54,028 nucleotides of DNA from an uncultured Bdellovibrionales bacterium (GCA_964438025.1 CAYTIK010000001.1:47557-101584); one strand, 5' to 3'. Shown: positions 1 through 7,522, counted from the first letter of the stretch. Translations and numbers: made by a program. The notes: generated by a model from the letters alone, not told the origin.

Positions 1-1230
1 ATGGGAGGGACGTTTTCGGCGTTACCGAAAAATTATCAACAAAAATTCATTTCTGAATGTTTTCGGGCTTGTAATGACTACCCTAAAAAGTTCAAAGTTC
101 AAAGTTCAAAGTTCAAAGATTTTAATTTATTATTATCTAAAGAACAAAAAAGAAGCGAAAAAGCCAAACACCGGATTATTGGACTGACTTTGGAAACTCG
201 GCCGGATTTTATTAATGAAGCAGAAATTTTAAATTTTCGCCAGCTTGGTTGCACGCGCGTAGAACTGGGCGTGCAAAGTATCTTTAATGATGTTTTGGAA
301 ATTAATAAGCGCGGCCATAAAATAGAGGCCTCTATAGAAGCCACTAAATTATTGAAGGATGCCGGCTTCAAAATCAATTACCATATGATGCCTGGTCTCC
401 CCGGCTCTAATCCCAAAAAAGATTTTTTGATGTTTCAAAAATTATTTTCCAACCCCAATTTTCAACCGGATATGCTGAAAATTTATCCGACCGTGGTTAC
501 CAAAAATAGTGCGTTATATAAATTATGGCGCCAGGGAAAATATCAACCGCTCAATGATAACCAATTTAAAAAGTTGATTTTAAAAATTAAAAAAGAGGCC
601 ATTCCACCTTACGTTCGCATTTCCCGCCTGGTGCGCGACGTTCCCGCGACTTCCATTGTGGCCGGGCCGAAAATTTCCAACTTGCGCCAACTAATTATTC
701 CCGAGTCGCTTTGCCAGTGCATCCGTTGCCGGGAAGTGGGCAGTAATTATGCTTTAAAAGAAAAAATAATTCTCGACCGCATTGATTATCCAGCTTCCGA
801 TGGAAAAGAAATATTTTTACAGTACATTTCTAAAGATAAGCAGAAACTGTTTGCCCTGCTTCGTTTACGCATACCTAGCCTTTGCCATTCCGGACTTAAT
901 CCGGAATCTAGAGAAAAAAAAGAAAAATATTTTCTGGATTCCCGCATTCGCGGGAATGACAAGTTGTATGGATTACTACCTATTTTAAAAAATGCCGCCC
1001 TCATCCGTGAAATCCATACTTACGGCCAGCTGACCCAAATAGATAAATATGATAAGAAATCTCCCCAGCATTTCGGCCTGGGAAAGAAATTAATGGCCAC
1101 AGCAGAAAAAATCGCCAAAAAAGAGTTTCAGTTAAAGAAAATCGCCGTGATTTCCGGCATCGGCGCGCGCGGGTATTACCGTAAATTGGGTTATAGTCAA
1201 AAAGATGGCTATATGGTAAAATCGATTTAA
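1..1230 (+). CDS. elp3: Elp3-family radical-SAM/GNAT tRNA modification enzyme; N-terminus lies outside the window
   Basis: ORF is open from base 1. Radical-SAM core motifs RIIGLTLETRPD, GCTRVELGVQS, HMMPGLPG, LKIYPT. C-terminal GNAT-like FGLGKKLM...GARGYYRKLGY. Confidence 0.8.
   Translation: MGGTFSALPKNYQQKFISECFRACNDYPKKFKVQSSKFKDFNLLLSKEQKRSEKAKHRIIGLTLETRPDFINEAEILNFRQLGCTRVELGVQSIFNDVLEINKRGHKIEASIEATKLLKDAGFKINYHMMPGLPGSNPKKDFLMFQKLFSNPNFQPDMLKIYPTVVTKNSALYKLWRQGKYQPLNDNQFKKLILKIKKEAIPPYVRISRLVRDVPATSIVAGPKISNLRQLIIPESLCQCIRCREVGSNYALKEKIILDRIDYPASDGKEIFLQYISKDKQKLFALLRLRIPSLCHSGLNPESREKKEKYFLDSRIRGNDKLYGLLPILKNAALIREIHTYGQLTQIDKYDKKSPQHFGLGKKLMATAEKIAKKEFQLKKIAVISGIGARGYYRKLGYSQKDGYMVKSI
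91..118 (+). repeat. Perfect tandem heptanucleotide repeat (TTCAAAG)x4 inside the elp3 CDS
   Basis: Read directly: ttcaaag ttcaaag ttcaaag ttcaaag, translated as FKVQSSKFK. Confidence 0.9.
887..957. repeat. About 71-nt element with two 8-bp-stem GC-rich hairpins, in frame inside elp3
   Basis: ATTCCGGA-cttaa-TCCGGAAT (887-907) and ATTCCCGC-attc-GCGGGAAT (938-957), separated by an A-rich spacer. Encodes HSGLNPESREKKEKYFLDSRIRGND in the variable LRLR...ALIRE(I/L)H segment. Confidence 0.75.
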
Positions 1231-1253
1231 GTTTATAAATTAAACTTTAAGAT

Positions 1254-1652
1254 ATGAACTCTAAGATAATTATCGCTTCCGGACCGGTTATTGTAGAAGA
1301 TAATAAAGTACTTTTAGACAAGGATAAAAAAGAAGATTTGTGGAAATTTTGCGGTGGAAAAGTATCTGAAAATAATTTAGATCTTATTAACACTGCCAAA
1401 AAAAGAGCTCAAGAGGAAATGGGAATAACTATTGAAATTCTAGATGAAAATCCTTTTGTTATGTATCTAAAAAGAAATATACAAGGAGAATTAATTGATG
1501 TTCTTTTGGTTCATTATCTAGCCAAAAGAATAGATGAAATTAATCCCGGAGGAGAAACAAAAGAATGGAGTTGGTTTGAGCTGAATAATTTACCTTCTAA
1601 TCTCGGACCCAACATTATTCCCGCTTTAAAACATTTTGGCTTTATTAAATAA
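1254..1652 (+). CDS. NUDIX hydrolase
   Basis: Nudix box GGKVSENNLDLINTAKKRAQEEMGI (GX5EX7REUXEEXGU pattern). Confidence 0.8.
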   Translation: MNSKIIIASGPVIVEDNKVLLDKDKKEDLWKFCGGKVSENNLDLINTAKKRAQEEMGITIEILDENPFVMYLKRNIQGELIDVLLVHYLAKRIDEINPGGETKEWSWFELNNLPSNLGPNIIPALKHFGFIK

Positions 1653-1656
1653 ATTC

Positions 1657-1795
1657 ACCCCGTTAAATAATTTTGCTAAAGCAAAATTAAGATTTGAATG
1701 CTTTCAAAAAAACAGGGTATATTTATTAAAGATAAATTTTTAATTTAAAAATAAGCTTGCATTTCTAAGGGAAATTCAAATCTTATTTAACAGGG
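1657..1795. repeat. Nested inverted-repeat element in the NUDIX-yjbQ spacer
   Basis: Outer IR CCCCGTTAAAT (1658-1668) / ATTTAACAGGG (1785-1795), 10/11. Inner IR AAGATTTGAAT (1689-1699) / ATTCAAATCTT (1774-1784), 11/11. Side hairpin AATTTTGC-taaa-GCAAAATT. The 16-mer ACCCCGTTAAATAATT recurs at 36325-36340 on the minus strand. Confidence 0.6.
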
Positions 1796-1798
1796 TAA

Positions 1799-2242
1799 AT
1801 GAAAATTATCCATCACGTTATCAAGATGAAAACCGCCGCGACTTTGGATTTCATCGACATTACCGAAAAAATCCAGCAAAAAATCAAAGAGACTGGCATT
1901 AAAAATGGTGTAATTAATATCCAAAGCTTGCACACGACCATGGCCATCATTATCAATGAAGCCGAACCACTGCTCATTTCTGACATGAAAACGCTGCTGG
2001 AAAAAATGGCGCCGCGGACTTTTAAGTATATGCACGATAATTTCGAAATCCGCACTGTCAATATGTGCGATGGAGAATGCCAAAACGGCCATGCCCACGC
2101 CAAGGCTATCCACTTGCCAAGTTCCGCTTTTTTAAATATACTACAAAACCATCTGCAATTGGGCCGATGGCAGCGGGTTTTCGCGGTCGAACTCGACCGC
2201 TCGAGAGTGAGAGAGGTTTCACTGCAAATTATAGGTCAATAG
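1799..2242 (+). CDS. YjbQ/UPF0047 family protein (secondary thiamine-phosphate synthase-like)
   Basis: Family-typical SLHTTMAIIINE..., NGHAHAKA..., LQLGRWQRVFAVELD pattern. Confidence 0.8.
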   Translation: MKIIHHVIKMKTAATLDFIDITEKIQQKIKETGIKNGVINIQSLHTTMAIIINEAEPLLISDMKTLLEKMAPRTFKYMHDNFEIRTVNMCDGECQNGHAHAKAIHLPSSAFLNILQNHLQLGRWQRVFAVELDRSRVREVSLQIIGQ

Positions 2243-2258
2243 AAAGGAGGATTCGAAA

Positions 2259-2402
2259 ATGTTCCTTAAAATTCTGTTGTTGGTTAGTTTGATAATACTG
2301 CTTATGGACATGCATTATTATCCACGTCCCTTCTTTTTAATGCGCATTGTGAACTTTATGTTAAAAAAGTGGGATAATTTCAAAGGTGTGGCTGGTTGGT
2401 GA
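2259..2402 (+). CDS. Small hydrophobic protein (47 aa), below the ORF-track size cut-off
   Basis: AAAGGAGGA lies 7 nt upstream of the ATG. Product MFLKILLLVSLIILLMD... has one predicted TM helix. Confidence 0.45.
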   Translation: MFLKILLLVSLIILLMDMHYYPRPFFLMRIVNFMLKKWDNFKGVAGW

Positions 2403-2446
2403 ATTCATATTGGATATTCTCACTATTTTGAAGAAAGGAGGAAAAA

Positions 2447-2689
2447 ATGAAGTTCTGCAATATCATATTGCCATCGGTTTTGTGTCTATCGGTCTATATT
2501 GTTCAACAAATATGGCTTGGGATCAAAAAAATCCCATCCCTCAATGTGGGCAGGATTTTACTTTCCCTTCTCATAATTTGTTTATGCATTCCCGCATCGG
2601 CAATTTGTGAGATATTCCTGCTTCCCAAAACAATCCCCGACATTTTCCGATCTTGGTTTCCCAAACTCCTGCAATACGACTACCCATAA
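2447..2689 (+). CDS. Small membrane protein (80 aa)
   Basis: GAAAGGAGGA Shine-Dalgarno 6 nt upstream of the ATG; two hydrophobic segments. Confidence 0.5.
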   Translation: MKFCNIILPSVLCLSVYIVQQIWLGIKKIPSLNVGRILLSLLIICLCIPASAICEIFLLPKTIPDIFRSWFPKLLQYDYP

Positions 2690-2779
2690 TGTCAATTGCC
2701 ATTTCATCCCATCAACTGGCCCCGGATATTTCTTGTTCGGGGCTTATTTTATTTCTCCGTTTTATTATGCAAAGCTTCA

Positions 2780-3071
2780 CCCCGCACTAATTTTTATTTA
2801 AAGATTTTTTTATTCTTTTTTTCAATTGAGCAAGCGCTTGGCCATGCTGTTTTATTTGTTTTTCTTTTTCCCATGCATCTTCTTCTGCAAAATAAGCTTC
2901 GTAATAAACAAGCTTCCATTTGTGATTTTTTGTATATAAAGAATGGCTATCATTATGTTGAAAAAATCTTTTTTTAAATCACTCGTACAGCCATAATATA
3001 ATTCGTTTTTTTCATTTTTTAGCACATAGAAGTAATGCATACGAATTAAAATAATAAAAGTTAGTGCGGGG
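2780..3071 (-). mobile_element. TIR-bounded GIY-YIG mini-element, copy 1 (ORF frameshifted)
   Basis: Arms CCCCGCACTAATTTTT (2780-2795) and AAAAGTTAGTGCGGGG (3056-3071) are 15/16 complementary. Same architecture and size (292 bp) as 37624-37914. Confidence 0.7.
2787..3040 (-). pseudogene. GIY-YIG (YhbQ/UPF0213-like) nuclease gene, interrupted by a 1-nt frameshift in an A7 run
   Basis: MHYFYVLKNEKNELYYGCTSDLKK continues in another frame as RFFQHNDSHSLYTKNHKWKLVYYEAYFAEEDAWEKEKQIKQHGQALAQLKKRIKKSLNKN*. The shift is at A7 (plus-strand T7, 2969-2975). About 65% identical by eye to the intact paralog at 37631-37885. Confidence 0.7.
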
Positions 3072-3112
3072 CAAGCTGTCCACAAGCGCCTTGGATATCA
3101 TTGCCAAAGCTT
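3061..3112 (-). pseudogene. Relic of an rlmN-like 3' end fused to the element arm
   Basis: Encodes KSFGNDIQGACGQLAPH*. The resident rlmN ends KSLGTDIQGACGQLTSGK* (5199-5255). The last codons and stop lie inside the TIR. Confidence 0.55.
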
Positions 3113-3133
3113 TTTTTATTTTTGAATATCAAA

Positions 3134-3173
3134 AGGACTTGAGAAAATATTTCTCTCAAGTCCTCATTTTTTT
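3134..3173. terminator. Bidirectional hairpin terminator
   Basis: AGGACTTGAGA (3134-3144) / TCTCAAGTCCT (3154-3164), with a T-run on the plus side and an A-run on the other. Confidence 0.6.
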
Positions 3174-3182
3174 ATAACCTTG

Positions 3183-3749
3183 TCATTTCTTATCAATTAT
3201 GTCTATTACGTTTTTTGGTAAGGGAATCTTTTTCATATAGCTCCATATAAAATTACCCTTCGCCATTATCGCATGCATAATCAAGCGCAGTAGAAACAAA
3301 ATTAACGCTTCAATGCCTAAGAGTATATAATAATCCGCCCAAACAATACCCGCGACAGCGTTTATTATTATCTTAGGTAAGGGCCCTGAAATAATCATTA
3401 TATAGATATATGCTACGCTTTTATTGTATTTGATTTCTTCTTCCAATCCCAACGATATTGGCCGCATTATGAATGGCATGCTTTTTGATTTGTTTTTTGT
3501 GGTCACAAGTATGTCAGTAATTGCTATCGCATAACCAGCGACAGAATTAATGATGATACATAACACAAATTTGTAAGGCTGATTAGTAATCGCCAATAAC
3601 AGCCAGTCCGCCACGCCTGTCCACCATTTTGATTCAACGCTAAGCTGAAGAATGTACATAACAGCAACAAATTCAATTGAAAGCAATGATGCTAACAAAA
3701 TTATAAGCACACCCGCACTAAAACCTCTACGATCATCCATTTTTTTCAT
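3183..3749 (-). CDS. Multi-pass membrane protein, unknown function
   Basis: Start moved to the internal MKKMDD: AGGAGG lies 6 nt upstream, and the longer ORF would run through an upstream hairpin. Several hydrophobic helices. Confidence 0.6.
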   Translation of the reverse strand: MKKMDDRRGFSAGVLIILLASLLSIEFVAVMYILQLSVESKWWTGVADWLLLAITNQPYKFVLCIIINSVAGYAIAITDILVTTKNKSKSMPFIMRPISLGLEEEIKYNKSVAYIYIMIISGPLPKIIINAVAGIVWADYYILLGIEALILFLLRLIMHAIMAKGNFIWSYMKKIPLPKNVIDIIDKK

Positions 3750-3829
3750 GACTTTCCTCCTTTTTTTAGAGAAGGCTTGAGAAAAAAAATCTCTCAAGTC
3801 TCAAGCAACTTAATTTACCCAGAAAACTT

Positions 3830-4249
3830 TCAAGGAGCTTTCATGTCTTGTTTCTTTTGCTCCTCCTTGATATCTGCCAGAATTTTCTTGCGTTTTTCGG
3901 TTTCCGAAATCCACTTTTTAATTTTTTCTCCTTGGTTATAAAAATCATTGAATTCTAGCCTGGACAAAACAACTACTCCATCGGGAAATTCAACCACAAA
4001 GTATCTGATATCTTTATACCTTTCGCTAGGTTCACTAGGTTCGATGTCTCCATGTTTTGAATGTCTTATTATTTCAAGAATGCGGACCCTTTCAATCTTG
4101 CCATTTCTCGCAATCTCAAAATGCGCTCCTACCATTTTTTCTACCCGATCAATTTCTCGGTCGGTTAATATATGCTCACCAACAAGCATAGCTAGCACAA
4201 ACACAAAAAAAACCACCCATATCTTATATTTCCTGATCCAATTTTTCAT
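3830..4249 (-). CDS. Single-pass membrane-anchored protein, unknown function
   Basis: Start moved to MKNWIRKYKIW (GGAGAAGAGG upstream). N-terminal TM helix. Confidence 0.55.
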   Translation of the reverse strand: MKNWIRKYKIWVVFFVFVLAMLVGEHILTDREIDRVEKMVGAHFEIARNGKIERVRILEIIRHSKHGDIEPSEPSERYKDIRYFVVEFPDGVVVLSRLEFNDFYNQGEKIKKWISETEKRKKILADIKEEQKKQDMKAP

Positions 4250-4461
4250 AACCTCTTCTCCTTTCATTGGTTGTTGCGTTTTTGGGTTAATTGTCAAAAA
4301 ACTGCTTAACGGCTTATTGTAAACTAAATGAATTAATTTAGGTCATTTTTCAGCATTTTTAATATATCGCTGTTTATTTTTCTCATTTTTGGCTCAACAT
4401 TGACATTATTTATCCTTTATGCTATCTTTTTAAAAACGACCTTTTTGGCGACAAAAAAACT

Positions 4462-5196
4462 ATGCTTAAAAAAGAATTGGGAAAATTGAATCTTACGGAT
4501 AGAGAAGCCGGCGTATATATGGCTCTTTTGGAGCTGGGCGAAACCTCTATTGAAAGAATTTCCATGAAATCAAAGATAAAGAGAACCACAGTATATGATG
4601 TAATTGAAACGTTAAAAGACAAGGGCCTTATTGGAACCATTAAAAAGAAAAAACGAACTTTATATTATGCTGAGGATCCCCGAATTCTCGGGAATCAACT
4701 GGAAGAAAAGAAAACCGTCTTGAATAACATCCTCCCCCAGCTATTGTCTATCGCTAATTTCATAGATAAAAAACCTGATATCAGATTTTTTGAAGGCGCT
4801 GAAGGAATAAAAAATGTTTACCAAGATACGCTGAATTATCCCGGACAAGAAATTCTTATGTGGGGATCGACCGATGTATTTAAATATTTCGATGAAGATT
4901 TTATGTGGAATTATTATCTGCAAAAAAGAATTGAAAAGAAAATTTGGATGCGGGCCATCGGACAAGATTTGGAAGTTGTACGCAAGATTAAATCCGCTGA
5001 TAGTAAAAGCCTGCGCCAAACGCGCCTGCACAATTTCAAAGAATTCCCCTTTGATGTGGAAATTAATCTTTATGGAAAAAGTAAAATAGGCGTTATGGCA
5101 TTTCAAGAACAGATCGGGCTGATCATCGAAAGCGAAAAAATTTATAATACGCTAAAAAGCATCTTCGAATTGAATTGGAAAATGCTGGAAAAATAA
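4462..5196 (+). CDS. TrmB-family transcriptional regulator
   Basis: N-terminal winged-helix LTDREAGVYMALLELGETSIERISMKSKIKRTTVYDVIETLKDKGLI. Confidence 0.8.
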   Translation: MLKKELGKLNLTDREAGVYMALLELGETSIERISMKSKIKRTTVYDVIETLKDKGLIGTIKKKKRTLYYAEDPRILGNQLEEKKTVLNNILPQLLSIANFIDKKPDIRFFEGAEGIKNVYQDTLNYPGQEILMWGSTDVFKYFDEDFMWNYYLQKRIEKKIWMRAIGQDLEVVRKIKSADSKSLRQTRLHNFKEFPFDVEINLYGKSKIGVMAFQEQIGLIIESEKIYNTLKSIFELNWKMLEK

Positions 5197-5198
5197 AG

Positions 5199-6284
5199 CT
5201 ACTTGCCAGATGTTAGTTGTCCGCAAGCGCCTTGGATGTCAGTGCCGAGACTTTTTCTGATTGTCGTTTTGATACCATTGCGCAAAAGCAGATTTTGAAA
5301 TTTTTTGATCCTTTGAAAATCCGACGGTTGGAAACTACCCTTGGTCGTATTGGCGGGAATCAAGTTTATGTGCAAGAGATAACTATCTTTGATGGATTTT
5401 AAATAATCAATAAGGCTATCCGCGTCATATGGAGAATCATTGAGACCCTTGAACATCGCGTATTCGATAAAAACTTTTCTCCGGCTTTCTTTAAAATAGC
5501 CTTGCAGGGCGTAGCGCAAGTCCCGTAGATCGTATTTCCGGCTGACCGGCATATACTTATTCCTTTTTTGCTCGTCGGCAAAGTGGAGAGAGATGGCCAG
5601 ATTAACTTGCGGAAATTCTTTGACCAGTTTTTCTATTCCATCGGGAATGCCGGCGGTCGAAACCGAAATACTGCGCGAACCAAAACCGAAAAGTTCCGGA
5701 TTGATAAGATTTTCGATACTTTTCCTCACTTCTCCCCAATTTAAAAACGGTTCGCCCATGCCCATGAAGACGATGTTGTTTAGTTTGTAGTTTGTAGTTG
5801 GTAGTTTGTGGTTTGTGCTTTGTGTTTTGTTTGTGTTTTGGATTTTGTGTTTTTGTGTTTTATTCAGATAATTTTTCCAAAACAAAATTTGGTCCGTGAT
5901 TTCTTCGGCCGATAAGTTTCTCTGAAACCCGCTTTGGCCGGTGGCGCAGAAAGCGCATTTGAGCGAACAGCCAACTTGGCAAGAAAGACACACGGTCCAA
6001 TTATCAACTTTCGAAAAAATAATTACGGATTCAATATATTTTCCGTCGTTAAGTTTTAAAAGCGCCTTGATGGAATCTTTATCTTTGGAGACTAAAACTT
6101 TTTCTGTTTCGAAAGACAATATTTTAACTTGTTTTTCGAGTTTTTCTCTTAATTCCTTGGAAAAAGTCGTAATTTCGGCAAACGAAATAGCGCTGTCTTT
6201 ATAGACTGCTTTTTTGACTTGCTCCAGCCGATACTTTGGCTGATTAGTCTCTTTTAAAATTTTCGCTATTTTTTCAATATTCAT
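5199..6284 (-). CDS. rlmN: 23S rRNA/tRNA adenine-C2 methyltransferase RlmN (radical SAM)
   Basis: CxxxCxxC cluster GCSLKCAFCATG, VFMGMGEP, and C-terminal DIQGACGQL. Confidence 0.9.
   Translation of the reverse strand: MNIEKIAKILKETNQPKYRLEQVKKAVYKDSAISFAEITTFSKELREKLEKQVKILSFETEKVLVSKDKDSIKALLKLNDGKYIESVIIFSKVDNWTVCLSCQVGCSLKCAFCATGQSGFQRNLSAEEITDQILFWKNYLNKTQKHKIQNTNKTQSTNHKLPTTNYKLNNIVFMGMGEPFLNWGEVRKSIENLINPELFGFGSRSISVSTAGIPDGIEKLVKEFPQVNLAISLHFADEQKRNKYMPVSRKYDLRDLRYALQGYFKESRRKVFIEYAMFKGLNDSPYDADSLIDYLKSIKDSYLLHINLIPANTTKGSFQPSDFQRIKKFQNLLLRNGIKTTIRKSLGTDIQGACGQLTSGK
5778..5861 (-). repeat. Degenerate 7-nt-period repeat (TAGTTTG / TGGTTTG / TGTTTTG ...) in frame inside rlmN
   Basis: Plus strand reads tagtttg tagtttg tagttgg tagtttg tggtttg tgctttg tgttttg.... 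Encodes the low-complexity NKTQKHKIQNTNKTQSTNHKLPTTNYKLNN just before IVFMGMGEP. Confidence 0.7.
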
Positions 6285-6304
6285 ATTCTAATTTTCTTCA
6301 TTCC

Positions 6305-6342
6305 ATACTACATTTTATTGCATATGCAATGATTTATAGTAT
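6305..6342. promoter_or_regulatory. 38-nt composite palindrome immediately 3' of the PaaX-like gene
   Basis: ATACTACATTTTATTGCATATGCAATGATTTATAGTAT. Central perfect 14-bp palindrome ATTGCATATGCAAT plus outer 8-nt arms. Confidence 0.8.
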
Positions 6343-6912
6343 TTAGTTTAATCTAAAAAAGGATCTTACATTTTGATCATTTTCTATTTCACAAGCAGTT
6401 ATAATTTTAATTTCTTCTTTGCTTAAATTAAAGAAATTTCTTAAAACCCCTGCTTCCTTTTGAAAATCATATGGATAGACCCAAACACTTTTTTGCAATT
6501 GAAACAATCCCAATTCTTTGATTTTTCCTCTTAAATATTCTCTCTTTATATTATCTCTGTTTTTTATATCAAATATTAAAATTCTCCATTTTTTATCCCA
6601 TCTTTCTGGTTTTTGTATTTTCAAATCATCAATTTGATATTTCCCCGCTGCTTTTTTTCCTTCTTTGGTGAGAGAAATATAAATTTGCTTACCTCTATAT
6701 TCAAATTTTATCATATCCCTTTTTTTCAAACGATAAAAAGTATCGTAAAATTCTTTCTTCTTTTTCGCGCTGTTTACTTTATAAGAAATACTTTTTATTA
6801 TTTTCGGAAGCACACGCATGAAAAAATGCGGATCATTAGCTGAGATAATTATAGCACCCCCAATCAAAAGACTTTTAAAAATTGTTTTAGTTATTTCTTT
6901 TTTATTCAACAT
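6343..6912 (-). CDS. PaaX-like / Cas2-fold domain protein with an N-terminal hydrophobic segment and a winged-helix-like region
   Basis: WDKKWRILIFDIKNRDNIKREYLRGKIKELGLFQLQKSVWVYPYD matches the PaaX central Cas2-like pattern. Paralog at 35502-36080. Confidence 0.6.
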   Translation of the reverse strand: MLNKKEITKTIFKSLLIGGAIIISANDPHFFMRVLPKIIKSISYKVNSAKKKKEFYDTFYRLKKRDMIKFEYRGKQIYISLTKEGKKAAGKYQIDDLKIQKPERWDKKWRILIFDIKNRDNIKREYLRGKIKELGLFQLQKSVWVYPYDFQKEAGVLRNFFNLSKEEIKIITACEIENDQNVRSFFRLN

Positions 6913-6938
6913 AATCCAATATATTATTACTACTAATT

Positions 6939-6976
6939 ATACTACATTTTATTGCATATGCAATGATTTGTAGTAT
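6939..6976. promoter_or_regulatory. Second copy of the 38-nt composite palindrome, 5' of the PaaX-like gene
   Basis: ATACTACATTTTATTGCATATGCAATGATTTGTAGTAT, 37/38 identical to 6305-6342. Confidence 0.8.
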
Positions 6977-7006
6977 TGATAAAAAATGCCTTCCCTAAAT
7001 TAAAAA

Positions 7007-7036
7007 GGGGGCAGGATCGTCAGACGACCTGCCCGC
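7007..7036 (-). terminator. Rho-independent terminator after the 7045-7437 gene
   Basis: GGGGGCAGG...CCTGCCC stem followed by a T-run on the minus strand. Shares the 11-mer TTGCGGGCAGG with the 36-nt hairpin family. Confidence 0.6.
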
Positions 7037-7044
7037 AAGATTCG

Positions 7045-7437
7045 TTAGATTGTTACCTCCCACACATAGCCACACTCCTTACATTTATACCACACATCTT
7101 CACTGCCAACTATCTTTTCATTGGCTTTTCTTTGGAATATTTCCCCGGCTAACTTCCAGCATTTTAAGCAAAGGTACCAGTTTTTTACCAAGGTTTCTCC
7201 GGAGAAATCCTGCACTATGTAAACATTTTTAGGATCGTCAAAAGTCTTGATAAACCCATCCGTTCCTGGGAACTTTGCCCACAAAAGCCCTACTGCTTCT
7301 CCCTCGGGTATTTCGATTATTCTCAGCACTTCACAGGGAAGCAGAAAGGGTCTGAGAAGCAACTTTTGATATTCCAGAAGAATTGGAAGCAATGGAGCTT
7401 TTGGATCAACAACAATTTGAATTCCTTTCGCAGACAT
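7045..7437 (-). CDS. Hypothetical protein with a C-terminal CxxC...CxxC zinc ribbon
   Basis: AAGGAGGTG lies 6 nt upstream of the ATG. CLKC ... CKEC. Confidence 0.5.
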   Translation of the reverse strand: MSAKGIQIVVDPKAPLLPILLEYQKLLLRPFLLPCEVLRIIEIPEGEAVGLLWAKFPGTDGFIKTFDDPKNVYIVQDFSGETLVKNWYLCLKCWKLAGEIFQRKANEKIVGSEDVWYKCKECGYVWEVTI

Positions 7438-7522
7438 AGTTTCACCTCCTTGTTATTTTATTGGATAAGAACTTAAAAAATCTTCCATCAAATCTAGCAG
7501 AGCTATGCTAAAAAGTCAATTT

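Noticed and set aside
2696-2977. 93-aa plus-strand ORF
   Set aside because: It lies antisense to the frameshifted GIY-YIG gene, whose two frames together reproduce the intact paralog.
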